A DNA stretch of 64,000 nucleotides, taken from the NCBI GenBank assembly GCA_907165135.1, contig OU015567.1, positions 3,534,001-3,598,000 on the forward strand, written 5' to 3'. This document shows, one piece after another, positions 36,980 to 49,354 of this stretch. The notes under the pieces were generated by a model that was not told the origin of the DNA, did no database searches, and worked only from the letters and a program-made list of their open reading frames with translations. This stretch comes from Oikopleura dioica (Eukaryota; Animalia; Chordata). Position numbers and translations under genes: made by a program. Position 1 is the first letter of the stretch; each line of letters begins with the position of its first letter.

Positions 36980-37590
36980 TTGATTACCTTTAAAGGTGGT
37001 AAATTTTCTTTTTCTGAAGAGTATGATTCTGCAACCAATGGAACAGTGTGCACGGCTACAAAATGCCGTCTAAGGTCTGCCTTTCTATTTGTTTCCTTCG
37101 TACAGCCTTCAGCCTTGCATTTGAATTTTCTACTTTGTGATAATTTTAGAAAGCAAGTTTTTTATTTACCTTTCTGTTTTGTGCTTGTTGTCGATGTGTT
37201 CCAGTATATCTTTTTTCGCGTTCGTCTTATGTCCGCAATCGGGGTATCCGCACCCGTACGGCTTCCAGGTTAAATGCATTTTTGCGTGATCTGCGACTGC
37301 AGAGAGCTTTTTTTTATTGTTAACGCAGTTAACGTGAAGGCAATGCCATCGGTTTGTGTCAATACGTTTTTCAAAGTATACCTTCTTGCCATCCTATTTT
37401 ATTTATAAGTATTTTTTGGCTTAAGATTGGTTACCCATTCTATTGACGCTTTGGTTTGATGTTCGTTTTTTTCGGTTTCTATTTTGTGAGAGTCGTTAAT
37501 ATGTTTTTTCAAAGCATCTATTTTTTGGAAATTCAATCCGCAGCACCCGCATTTGTACATATTTTCCTTGAATATGCGCGTCATTGTGTG
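36980..37590 (-). CDS. C2H2 zinc-finger protein (at least 3 fingers)
   Basis: YKCGCCGLNFQKIDALKKHINDSH; WHCLHVNCVNNKKKLSAVADHAKMH; KPYGCGYPDCGHKTNAKKDILEHIDNKH. Boundaries approximate. Confidence 0.75.
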
Positions 37591-38359
37591 TGACCATATT
37601 TTTTTACCTTCGATTCTGGTGCAATTTTTGTACCGTCGACTTTCTTCTCTTTTCTTTCATTCAACAATGTATTGATGCATATTTCTGTTGTATTATTTTG
37701 CTCGCCCAAAACAAATGCTCTTCTGACATACAGTTTTTCTCCGCGTTCTTCCTCTTCCATTCTTAATATTCTCGAGGTAACATAGAGTTTGTCAATTTTT
37801 ACGCGTCAGGTATTGTTTTTAATGTATCCATGATTGTAGCGTACGCAGTGATTGACTATTTTTCAGTCTTCGTAAATACGAGAATTCTTTCTTGGCGGTT
37901 CAATGTTCATGTCGCAGTTTGATTCGTTTTCTCCGTCTAATTATCTATATTAATTTAGTTTTGCATGTAGTTTTTACCTTCAACATTTTCGATCACCGCT
38001 TTGTTATTTGGTTTTCGAACGGTGTTGCGTCTAGAAGAGAGTCGAACCGAGAGCAGACCGGGTACACCTGCAGGGACATTTTGAGTGCTTTGTCGTGGAA
38101 AGTGTTCATCTGCTGTGCTTCGTGAGATGATCGCTGCGCCATTTGCATCGAATGTTGTTTGTTTGTTGCATCTTGGCCAAGGGCAGAAAATGTAAGGTGT
38201 GGTGCCTTGCTGGGTTTCAAAAGGTTATCAAGCTTCGTTAAATTATCATTTATACTTTTTGTCAAATTAAACCCTGATGCCTTCGATTGGTTTCAATGAG
38301 CTGCGCATAGCACAGGTCAAGCAGCTTATATGATAACATTTCAAGTTGATAACCTCTTG

Positions 38360-38500
38360 CTTGAAGATATTGTCGTATTGTCCGTCACAGCTTGGGCAGC
38401 GGTTTCTATCCGTTAGGGCAAGGCTGTCGAATATTTACGATAGCATTTGGTATAGAACAGATCTTTATGCGGACAAGAGGTCCCACTTGGGACGCGGCTT
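38360..38500 (-). pseudogene. Degenerate RING-finger-like fragment
   Basis: TSCPHKDLFYTKCYRKY followed, after a frameshift, by NRCPSCDGQY. Confidence 0.35.
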
Positions 38501-38999
38501 GATAAAGCGTGCTGTTGAGTTTAATAATCGTATCTTTGTTATCGTTGCTCCGCGTTTATTTTTTGTTGTTGGTCGAAATAGACATTACTGATTTAAGCTG
38601 ATAATTGATGATTAGTTTTGTTATCTTCAGATAATTTGTGAATTTTATCTAGATAGTCGCGGAGTTTTACTATTTTCGTATTCGACAGCCATGCGGAAAT
38701 GGATTGCTCATTATCTTAAAGTGCTTGTGAATGTTTGTGGTTTTAGTTTTTGGTTTGAGTGATTCGATTGGTTTATTTTTCAGGCGTGAGTGGTTTCAGT
38801 TTCTGTAAATACAAAGGTAACTTTTTTTTGATGAACAGTTAAAATTTTATTGATTTGCTAAAGTTAACTCGACAATTTGTTTCCAGTCATTAATCTCATT
38901 TAGTAGAATTGAGACTAACTCTGACTCGTTCCAATTAATCGCGAAACTAAAAAAACTTAAATTAAAAGATATTTTACAAAAACTCTCAATTACTTAAGA

Positions 39000-41770
39000 A
39001 AGCGATTCGTTGCTGGATTGACCTTTTCACATGTCACCAATGCGATTGCACCATTCCATGTTATAATCTCCCTCATTTTTGTCATAGTGGCGGCCTTTTC
39101 GAGGTGAGTAAGGCCTTCTGCTTTTGTTGAAGCATCTAGCTTGCCGCATAAATCATAAGCTATGCCGTGGAGTAGTTCTGAAGAATTCCCTCACTTATTA
39201 TTAACGAAAAATTACCTTTTACGTAGTGACGACAAAGACTAAGTTTCAAAGAGCTGTTGTTTACTTTGAATGAGCACCTTGCGCAATTTTTAAGATGATA
39301 TTCTATCCCGGATCTTCTGCTCGGGTTATCATAATGCCCCTGAATTATTTAAAAATAAATTATGGCTTTATAGCAACACCTGTAGGTAAAGCGTGAGTTC
39401 TTCGTTGATTGCTCTTTTTGCAGTTTCCCAGTGCCATTTTGATACCTTGTCGCTTTTCTCCGTTAATGCAGCTTTTATGGAATCAGTAATCCGAAATCCA
39501 GAAGACTCTCGATATCTTTCACATTTTGCCGCCCTAATCTTGTTTCTTTTCTCATTTTGCGTTCACTTACGTTGATAAAACCGCATTCATAGGCCATTTT
39601 GCACAAGGAAGGTTGCAATTTCCGAAGTTGAAGGTGTGGTCTTTAATCAGCATTGAGTATTTGTCGTCGCTTTTGTTTTGTAGCAGAAGACTTCAATTAG
39701 GTAAAATTTCTTTCTTGAATTTTACCTCATGTAAATTTTTGCATTCACGTCATGTTTGACATCTATGATTTCCCATATGTTTCGTTTCACTATGTATGGT
39801 AAGTTTGCCAAAAATGGCGATGGTTTTGGCTTTTCCGCGGCATAATATTCGTGAAAACAGTATTTTTTGAAAACATCCCGGAATTCGTGTATCGCGCTTT
39901 TGATCGCTGTTGAACTCGATAATTGCTGATACAAAATTAAGCGCCTGTTTTACTTTTCCTACCTTAAATCTGGTTGTTGGAGGCGTTATAGTATCTAGAA
40001 GCTCGCACAGGATAATGTTGTCATTGCCCGCAAAATTTACTAAAAATTACTGATTATATGGTCAATAATAAATGTTCCATACTGTACAATGCTCTTTTAG
40101 CATATTTTACCGCGATTTCTTTACTATTTTTTACTCTGATAAAGTACCCCCATCGTCTTTTGTTATTTGCGTTCCACGTGGTTGAATGACGTCCTTGATT
40201 TTTTTTCCAATTTGCTATGGCTCTCTTTACGTCGATCCATACTCCTTCCATTCTATGAATCAATATATTTATCGCATATAATTTTTAATGTCTAGTTGTC
40301 TTGCTTCTTCAAGGTTTCAATTTCTCGTTTCAGAAATTGGTTTTCCGTTTTCTCTTCTTGCAACAGTTCCCGCAATCGCCCGTTTTCGACGGCAACTTGT
40401 TCGCCTTCACTATTTTTGAACTAACTTGTGTTTATGTCTCGTGAATATACCTTTTCAAAGCGTCGATTCGTCGCTGAAGACTACTTGCTTTGCTGTTAAT
40501 CTCCTTTTCCGCTAATTTCCGTTTCTCGATTTCTTTCGATGCTTCTTCGGCCTCTTTTAGTAGCTTTTCTATCTTCTCTTCCGCGTCTTTAAGATCGGAT
40601 TTTTGCATTTCAGTGCCTTTGATCTGCTGGTATTAATTTTAATTTGTCTTCTCTTTATCTCATTTACCTTTGGTTCGGTGGAGTTTTTACTAGCTGCGTT
40701 TTCCTTTTGAGCTTCATAAAGTGACCATATAAGCGCGTAGTTGTCTCTTTCAAGGTCCGCGTTTCTGTACATCGTCTCAATGATGAGTCCTTCAGCTTTG
40801 TTGTGGGTGCAGATCCGATCGAGTATTATTTTGATGTTCTGAACTATAATTATGGGAGTGAATGATAATAATTTGACCTTAACAATTCCTATTTTTAGCA
40901 ATGGAATTTTCACGACCGCGTCATTTTTACAGCTACTGCAATTCGTTTCGCTTTAATAAGTGGTCGTCATTGAATTTAAGTGCAAACAATGCGCTTATGA
41001 TTGCCACTGTCTTGTTTGTAAACATGTTCGGCAGTGGATTTCTACACAGCACGTCGAAAGCAATAAGTTATCCATGTTGTCATTCTTACACTTGACACAG
41101 TAGCCGCCGAACTTTCTATTGTCCATTCTAAATTTTTAAGGTTCAGAATACGAGATTCTATTCATTGAGTTCATTAAGAAATATCCAGATCGACCGCAGA
41201 ATTATTATTTTTTTATCTATTTCATTCGCGAGTTCATCCTTTCTTTCCTCCCAATAATGACGCTCTGTGTCCATTCGAGTAATTACGTCTTCCTGGTCAG
41301 CATCTTTTTAAGATATAAATGTCTGTTTATTAAAAAATTGTTTTCAGACGCTTTTCTGGGTACGCCATAAGCATATCAATCATTTTGTCATCCCATTTAT
41401 CCTTTTTCAGGTTTGTTAATGCAAATAAAATGAAATGACTTGTAAACCTTATATAGTGTGCGCATTCTTACCATAACTGTAAAAGTGGCGTTGCAATCAG
41501 AGCATGAGCAAAAATATCACCAATGCTTCATTAAGATCAACAAAAATTATTCCCTTACAATTAATTTCAATAATGGAAATCTTATCTTGGATCCGAAATC
41601 TGTCCAAGTCGTTGAGTGGTTTTGTGATGTCTTCCGTCTGTTAGCGCTTCGTGCATGAAAAGGTATTTTCGGTGATCGTCACCTGTTCTATGATTCATTT
41701 TGAGTGCCATTATATGTCCGAAAGGCCTATTCTCGTTCATTCTTAAGTTTTTGTGTTCAGACTCAATCAA
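39000..41770 (-). CDS. Cluster of orphan exons, some with CxxC motifs and a coiled coil
   Basis: Minus-strand ORFs at 39722, 40054, 40569 and 41582; KNCARC...LCRH and YCVKCK...STCC motifs; no family recognised. Confidence 0.3.
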
Positions 41771-41874
41771 GTTTTTTTCATTACAGTCTGTTTAGGCAAA
41801 ACGATGTCAGGTAAGCCTGATAAATGATGTACAATGTGTTGCGTGAAAATGGAATGACAGACCGTATAAAATGA

Positions 41875-42082
41875 CGCGGATTTTTGTTGCCGAGCTAGAT
41901 TGTTAGTTTTGATTTACATACGCAAAGAAAATGATGAAGGGTTAGACGCGGATTTTTGTTGCCGAGCTAGATTGTTTGATGATTTACTAAAGCAGAGAAA
42001 ATGATGAAGGGTTAGACGCGGATTTTTGTTGCCGAGCTAGATTGTTTGATGATTTACTAAAGCAGAGAAATTGATGAAGGGA
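41875..42082. repeat. 70-bp tandem repeat, 3 copies
   Basis: GACGCGGATTTTTGTTGCCGAGCTAGATTGTT... at 41875, 41945 and 42015. Confidence 0.92.
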
Positions 42083-42154
42083 AAGATAACTGATGTTCTT
42101 GATGAAAATGAGACACGTAATAAGCGCATAAAGAAAAAAAGAGGGAGCAGAAGT

Positions 42155-42177
42155 GGGTTTTCTTCGGCCGGCAGGCC
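42155..42177 (-). promoter_or_regulatory. Recurrent GGCC motif, copy 3
   Basis: + strand GGGTTTTCTTCGGCCGGCAGGCC. Confidence 0.55.
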
Positions 42178-42399
42178 GTTTACTCTTCTGTTTGTCGAAC
42201 AACGTTGATTGGGACTTTTCGTGCCAGGTATTGTGAGTATTCAAGGATATTTTCAAAGTCTCGTTTGCGCTTAATTTTTTTTAGCTTTTGATTTGATGAT
42301 AATGATTACTTCGTTTTGTGGATAAAGTGGTGGCAGGAGATATGTTGTGACGTGTCGTAGTGTGTTCATTTTACTGTTTTTTGCGAGAATTATTCGTCC

Positions 42400-44200
42400 G
42401 ATGAATATTTCACAAAATCCTTTTAGGACTTGTGGGTATGAGACTGGAAGTTGATTAAATACTGTGGGTTGCGCAGTTTGTTGCCCTTTTGCGATTGCAG
42501 CTTGGTTGCCCCTTTGCCCGCGCTTTTTCCTTATTTTTTTCTAGACTTGCTCAAAGTGATTGTAGGATTGGTTGATCCTTCAACCGCTCTTTAGGGGGCA
42601 AATTCCTGTGCAACCCACTGTAATTGTTATAATTAATACCTTTGCGATCCCAGCTTACTGCTGGGAGTCTGAATAGGGGTTTTCTGCATGTTTCGATGTC
42701 AATGTCGACGTCCATGAATTTTGCTGATGGTAAGGCTATCTATTTTTTTTTAGCTAGGTTAAATTTTTGTTTTTCTACCTGATAGAATTGGTAGGAGAAA
42801 AAGCCTACTCGTAGCAGGTTCTGGAGTCCATACTGTTGAATCGTCATCAGACAATCGTAGGTCATGAACATTGCGTATTCCATTGCGTTTCCTATTAATC
42901 TTGAGTACCGGAAGCAACATAAGAAGAGAATCCTGGCAATCAGCGCTTGTCGTTTTTTTGGTCCAAGAACCATTCCGTCCTTTGTTTTTATCCACTCTTA
43001 ATTATAATTATTATTATGACGATTTTTGCAGTATACTTCCAGCCCGTGAGTAATTTCGGCCATTCACTGTTACTGTGTCAGTGAGTTCGAAGTGGTCATC
43101 CAGGTCCATGCTGCATACGACGTGCCAGAAAAAAGAATTTGTCGTCTTTGTTGTCTCCCGATTCGCATCCAGCGCTCCAACGCTCATGTAGCAATTTTTT
43201 CCATTTTCCGCGATTTCGTTCTATGATAAAGTAAATCTTTTTTTTCATCAATTTACTACCTTTGTTATTGACATTACATAGAAAAGGCTGCAAATTGTTG
43301 GTTTGTGCAGCCTGTGACTGTCGATTCCACGTTCCGAGTGAACATCGTTGATCGTACATAGTTTTTCGTCAGTGAGTGTGAACCACCAATTGTATACGGT
43401 CAGAATTGGCATACGATGGAAGAGAAATAGCAGTACAAATTTGTCTGCCATGTTAGAATATGCCGACGCCCTCTCCTGCTTGTTTGCCTTATAACCTTCT
43501 TCGTATTTGTTCAATTCCTCCCATCCGTACATCTCGAGGTGTTTTTCTAGTCCTTCTTCACATGATTGCCATAGCTCTGACAGCGTAGGTTTTGGTGGCA
43601 GAACAACTTCGACTAGGTCTTTTGATCGTGTATCCTCTCCGCGTTCTGGTTTGCGGTATGGCTAGTATGATTTGTAACAGTTATTAATTTGTAGAGTTTA
43701 CTTTTATTCGAATTTCAACTTCGATTGTGCCACCTTCTTCGAAGACTTTTGCTGGCGAGTGTTCTCCAATTTTCATCTTCTGGCATATTTCGATGTCCGC
43801 TTTCGTGTTGTCTAGTGTCGTGTGGTAGGGGTTACGGTAAATATCGTCGTGTTCTTTGTATTCGATGTTCAATGAATTCAAAAGACGATCATGGTCCTTC
43901 GTAAAAATGGAGTGTTGGTATATGTCGTCCACCTTTTGTTTGAAATCGTTGTAATTGAATTGATGAAATGAAACCGGGAATCTATAAGCATTTTGGCAAT
44001 TCCGCGTCAAATCATTCCTATTTTCCGCGTCTACCAATTGTTTGTGGATTGCAGTTCCACTGTTATTTTCCGCGGGGTTATGGATATACGGAATACTATT
44101 CGTGATTTGCCCGCTGGGTGTTTGAATAATCGCACTTGTTTATTGGGTTTGTTCGAAAAGCAAAATTCTCTTTTTTAAATTAGAGAAAGCAACTTTTTAA
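42400..44200 (-). CDS. Orphan multi-exon gene(s)
   Basis: ORFs 43684-44037, 43248-43532, 43096-43359 and 42759-42995 in series on the minus strand. Confidence 0.35.
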
Positions 44201-44863
44201 ATTGTTGTTCATGCTTTTATTCGACAATTGAGCTTTTTCTTCTGAAATAATGTTTAGATTGAATGAGTGCCGCGTCCGGTGTGACTACTCCTTCTACTTC
44301 TGGAGGTATTTTTTGTTAATGATTGTAATTCAATTATAATAAGTGAAGAAGTCTGATGTTGGCACTCTTAGCGACAATGATTACTCTAAGAAGGCTATAA
44401 TGACTGGGTGCAATCCAAAGAAATTTATCGACTCTATCCTACGTGTTGACTTTATTGCTGATGAGTGCAAGAAATCTGCTGTCGTCCAAGATTATATTAA
44501 CCGAATTATTTCGATTGTTTCTAATCTGATTGTTTGCAACGAATATCTTGCGGAAGAATATGATCCGGTGAGACTTACATTGACATTAATTTACCGTAGA
44601 TCACCTCATCGTCGTCGTAATTTGCCATTCTGAATATTTTTTTTATAGGAACGTAGAATTAACCATTCTTTCGTCAGCGAGATAATATTGGCAAAAGTAA
44701 CTGAAGAGTTGGTTACAGAAATGGATCGTTTTTCCGGTGGCCCACCCGCAACTAAGTGGAGATTTGAAGTTATACTTGAACGCGGCCTCGTCCTCAAGGT
44801 GTTAATTATATTCTTTCATATCAACCCGTTAAATCTCACTCTAATAAATTAATAATTAAGAAT

Positions 44864-45383
44864 ATGAACCCGATTAAAATCAAACTTTGGGTAACGTCGG
44901 ACGCGTTTGGAGGCAGTGCGAAATTGTTTAACGAAAAGAAAATTTCTGCATTGTCCGTGGACTCGTTGGTGCAGAGGGCTTTACGCGACCTCGATGATAT
45001 GAACCGTGAACTTGGAGTGGAGCTAGTTTCGCGCGATAAAATTCCTCAAGAACTAATTGCTAATAACGATTATCGGTCGACAATTGACACTTTATTGTCT
45101 TCGAACGAGAAAATTTGCCATCTGGTTATCTTGATGATGTTCAATGGTTAATAACTATTTTTAGTTCGAATCTACTCGTTCTCACTTGAACGACCTTATG
45201 GCTGCAAATACTAAGGATATTGCTGCATTACTGGAAAAGCACAAAATATCCTTTCAATTGATGTCACTTATTGACTCTCCTCAAGCGAAGTCATCTAATG
45301 TGGTTTTGTTATCAGCTGATGGCGGCCTGAGATGTTTTAAATTGGCTATGAATGGCTGTGCTCAACAAACTAAGGATTGGTGA
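44864..45383 (+). CDS. Two-exon orphan gene on the plus strand
   Basis: MNPIKIKLWVTSDAFGG... (95 aa) and LNDLMAANTKD...KDW* separated by a GT-AG intron-sized gap. Confidence 0.4.
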
Positions 45384-45873
45384 ATAAAATATGTTTTTTG
45401 AGTGACAGGCTTTACTTTTTTTCACTATCTAAGCTTCCACTCTGGGCAGCCAAGGCTTCTATAAAGCTTGATGACAAAAGAAGTAAAAGGCGTAACGATC
45501 AACGACAGGCGGGTTGAAATTATCTTAGGCGTAAATTTTCCGACTATTGTGCCATCCGCTACCAGTTGCCGCTACCAGTTGCCGCACTGATCGCGATGAG
45601 CGTGAGGGTTAATAGTTCGACCAGCTCGGCAATTTGTAGAAGCGAAATATGCCGACAACTAGTAGCAGAGGGCAATTTCCTTAGATTTCAGTCTATAAGA
45701 AACCCAATGAAAAGGACTACGACGGTCAGAAGAGACGTAAGTTTGAGAAGCAATAGACAATTTTTTAACTGTTTCACAAATACGTATTCAATAAATATAT
45801 TGCCGCGTGTATTAAAGTGTACAGTGTGATAATTGCCGCATTTGAAAGATAAAGGGTTGGTCAGTTAATCGAA

Positions 45874-48345
45874 TTATTCGTCAAGCAGAAGGTAATGTTT
45901 GTGACAGCGTGTAGGAAAATCAACTGAAAGGGAAACAGTGAATTCTTTGTTGTTTGCTCCTTTCAGCCGGTATGTCCGAAACAACGGCACCTCGGGAACC
46001 TTATGTTTCGATGCAACTGGGTCCGTGGCGTGACGAAACATCCCGAAGACTCGCACCGCAAAAGTTCGCAATATGCATTCCGCGTCGTGTGCTTCCCATC
46101 CCCGATAACTCAGATATGTTGAGAACTTGTTTGGGGTATTGTGGAGGTAGTCACAATTCTCGATCTTCATAATCTCTGAATTGGGCATTATAATTTTTCG
46201 ATTAAATCAATCTAACCTTTTTCGTATTTGTGCATTTCTGCTGTTTCGAATGTGCCGCGTCCTTCTTCCAGAAATCGGTCGCCGGGGTTTGGGTTTCGAT
46301 CGCTTTCCGCGTAATCTTCGACGATTTTAAAGAGTTCTTCCCGCACGTCTTGATTTTCTTTGCAGTCGGTCCGCGTGCAATAAGGTATTTTACAACCTAA
46401 AATGAAGTTTCTGGAGAATCTGAAATATCCGGAAAAATTGAGTCTCGGCCTAACGAGGGTCACACTTTTTTTCCTTCATATATATTACCTTTAACCGATC
46501 TTGTAATAAGGTCCTCGGGGAAAATATCCGAGATGTATTCTTTTATATCCGAGTTGTTTTTGTGGAGATCGACAACCAGCGCCTTAATCTGCCTGTAGAA
46601 GTCTTTTTTGCCGAGCGTTTCTTCATGGAAGCATTTGATGTTTTTTTCCAAGAGTTTTGTTCTGAAATATTTTTTAGTTAGTTTTAGTCCTAATGTGTTA
46701 TTGCATTAAGTTACGCGGCAATTAATTGATTTATTGTTCACCTTAAGTCGTGTGCTCTTGACATCGTTGGATTTCCTGCTTGAAATCTTCCGATCGTGGG
46801 GTTACCATCCCGCATCCAATCATGAAATTTTTGATAGACCGCAGCCGATTGTTCTTCTGTGATGTTATTGAGAAGAAGTGCTTCTTCTGTTGGGGTTAAT
46901 TCCGCTGGAAGTGGTTGCGCCACATCATCGACGAGAGGGAGGCTTGCGTAATCATATCCACCTCGTTGATACATTGGGTCCATTGCCGCGAGTATCATCG
47001 TATAGTGGTAAAAATGCTTTACATAGGCTTTATCAATCGTTTTTTTACTACATTAATTAAGGATTTGGAGCCTTTCCGTAGCGTCTTCGACAGAGACCGA
47101 CAAGATGTCGATGCTTATATCACCGGACGCTGGTATGTAGGATGCCTTGATGTTGAATTTTTCTAGAAGGGCCATGCACACTCCTACTTCATCCGCGTAT
47201 CTTTTGAATTCTTCTGAATTCTTGTCCGCATATTTGACGAGAGGTGACCACCACACGCGCGTGTATTTACCCACAGTCGGGAAAAGGGGATGAAGTGCTG
47301 ATTGTATTGTTTCCGCCTGATGATGTTTTCTGAATGATGAGGTATGTTTCCAAAAAGTCGATCGATTGTCCAGCATTCCGATGCCCAATCTTTCTAATCT
47401 ATTATGATCTTTTTAAGCGTTTATACAAGCTAATTCAAAAATGTTATTACTTAAACAGAATACGATTTATTATTGAAAAACGCTTTCCTTGTCTTCGCCA
47501 GCATCTTGTCGACGCGTGTTCGAACGCATATCGATGATTTCCATGGAGAACGTTTCTGTACAACCGCTCGGCAATTGCTTTGAAAGATCCGATTCTAAAA
47601 TCATTTAATCTTTGCTATTTTTGGTTATTTTACCTTCCAAGTATGCCGAAACTGATACAATTATTCGCGAAGTGACATTTGCCGCTTGTTACGCACTTCG
47701 GAGACATGCAGTGAGTATTTTGATAAGAAGCTCGTCCAAGCATCGCGTTTGCTTCGCAGTAGAGGAGTGGTACGAAGCGATTCCATAAAAATTGTGCAAC
47801 TTCCGCGTCATATTTTGTATGTGTATTTAAGAAATACATATATTTCACGAGCTAGGAAATATTATTTAGAAGTATTTTTTTCGGGTACTACTTACATTTG
47901 TCGCGTTTTGAAAGTGAGTTTGATCATTAATTTCGCCGTTGTTGATATTGGAAAGTATCACTGCCGAGTCCATTTGATTACGCTCGATTTCCGTGCTTGG
48001 CGCTTGATGTGTTGCGTTTCTTTCCCAAAGTGTAGGTGCGACGCCTTCAACAGTTAATGGCTGTCTGAGCGCATCTGCTTCTCTCGGGTTTTCTCGGAGA
48101 TAAGTTTGGAGTTCTTGAAGATATTCTTCGAACGTTGGCTTATTATTTTTCAGCTTGTTTCGGAGTCCGCCTGCGAGTTTTCTTATTTTTGAGTAGTACT
48201 CACGGATCGCTGCTTCGACGTCTTCCACTAATGGACCTCTGATGCCATTGATCGTGTGCTTTTCCGTCGTGTCAATTATTTCTCCGATATCGAAAAAAAC
48301 TCCGCCCAGATATTTGGTAGAAAGCGTTGTTGCTGTTGGAACCAT
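45874..48345 (-). CDS. Orphan multi-exon gene(s) downstream of motif copy 4
   Basis: ORFs 47866-48345, 47630-47848, 47053-47388, 46738-46998, 46460-46651, 46212-46463 and 45874-46188; a GC-x4-CT-x3-C cluster at ~46350-46400. Confidence 0.4.
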
Positions 48346-48385
48346 AGTGTCCTTTTCGTATAACCTAAAAAAAAAAATCAGTCAC

Positions 48386-48404
48386 TTTTCTTCGGCCGGA
48401 GGCC
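48386..48404 (-). promoter_or_regulatory. Recurrent GGCC motif, copy 4 (~40 nt upstream of ATG 48345, with poly-T/AG acceptor between)
   Basis: + strand TTTTCTTCGGCCGGAGGCC; - strand continues GTGACTGATTTTTTTTTTTAG|GTTATAC...ATG. Confidence 0.55.
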
Positions 48405-48573
48405 TATTATTATTACCGCTGGCACGCTTTGACTTTTGATCCGATTCTTCCTCTTTTGAATGGCACGTTGTCACCGAGAATTGGGCTGTCCGCTATGTCC
48501 AGGATTGAAGCTGGTCCGGGTTCGATTACTCGTTGGAATCCTTAAGTTTTTTTGTTAGTGTGATTTGTGTAAT

Positions 48574-49338
48574 TTAATTACCTCTGTATCTGTTGTCTGT
48601 TGGTCTGTCCCGTGTTCTTTCTTGTTTTTTCGCTGTTCTTCGGTTAACATTGTACCCATATCGTACATAGTTGTTTTCTGAACTGTTTGCACTTGATGAG
48701 CTTGTGTCGATTTGCATGTCTAGGATTGCGTTGTTTAAGTCAATATTGGCATTTTCGTTTTCTTGGTTTCCTCCGCCTTGGTTCTCGTCGCCTTGGTTGT
48801 CGTTGCCTTGGTTGTCGTTGCCTTGGTTGTCGTTGTCTTGGTTGTCGTTGCCTTGGTTGTCGTTGCCTTGGTTGTTGTCTTGGTTGTCGTTGCCTTTGTC
48901 GTTGCCTTGGTCGTTGCCTTGGTCGTTGCCTTGGTTGGCGTTGTCCTCGTTGCCGTTGTGTTGGTTGACGTTATTTTGGTTGCCGTTGTTTTCGTTTCCG
49001 TTGTTTTGGTTGCCGTTGTTTCCGTTGGTGATTGTTATGTTTTGAGTTTGGTTGCCATTATAGACGGTTGTTGTATCTACTGTGTAACGGGATCTATCGT
49101 CAGACGCATTCGTCTCATCGATAATCAGGTTGTTTTTCGCGCTACTATGTTGACTAACGTGACTTTCACCATCACTGTCAAATTCCGCATTATCTGCAAA
49201 TCCAATGTATGCTTCGAGGGGTAGGTCGTCGTGTTCATCGTCTTGGAGTCTACCTACTGTTATATCATTTCGCGTTTCCGTGTGTGATGTCCTTTGCATC
49301 TTTGATGGATTAGCTGATGTCGATGCTGTCGATGGCAC
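48574..49338 (-). CDS. Low-complexity Asn/Gln/Gly/Asp-rich ORF with (QGNDN)n repeats
   Basis: 254-aa ORF with a coding micro-repeat at ~48770-49030. Confidence 0.6.
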   Translation of the reverse strand: MPSTASTSANPSKMQRTSHTETRNDITVGRLQDDEHDDLPLEAYIGFADNAEFDSDGESHVSQHSSAKNNLIIDETNASDDRSRYTVDTTTVYNGNQTQNITITNGNNGNQNNGNENNGNQNNVNQHNGNEDNANQGNDQGNDQGNDKGNDNQDNNQGNDNQGNDNQDNDNQGNDNQGNDNQGDENQGGGNQENENANIDLNNAILDMQIDTSSSSANSSENNYVRYGYNVNRRTAKKQERTRDRPTDNRYRGN

Positions 49339-49354
49339 TTGAAATTTTTTGTTA

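Noticed and set aside
42740-43360. Possible ubiquitin-specific protease (SADCQDSLLMLLPVL resembles the QD box)
   Set aside because: No Cys-box or His-box found, so the match is insufficient.
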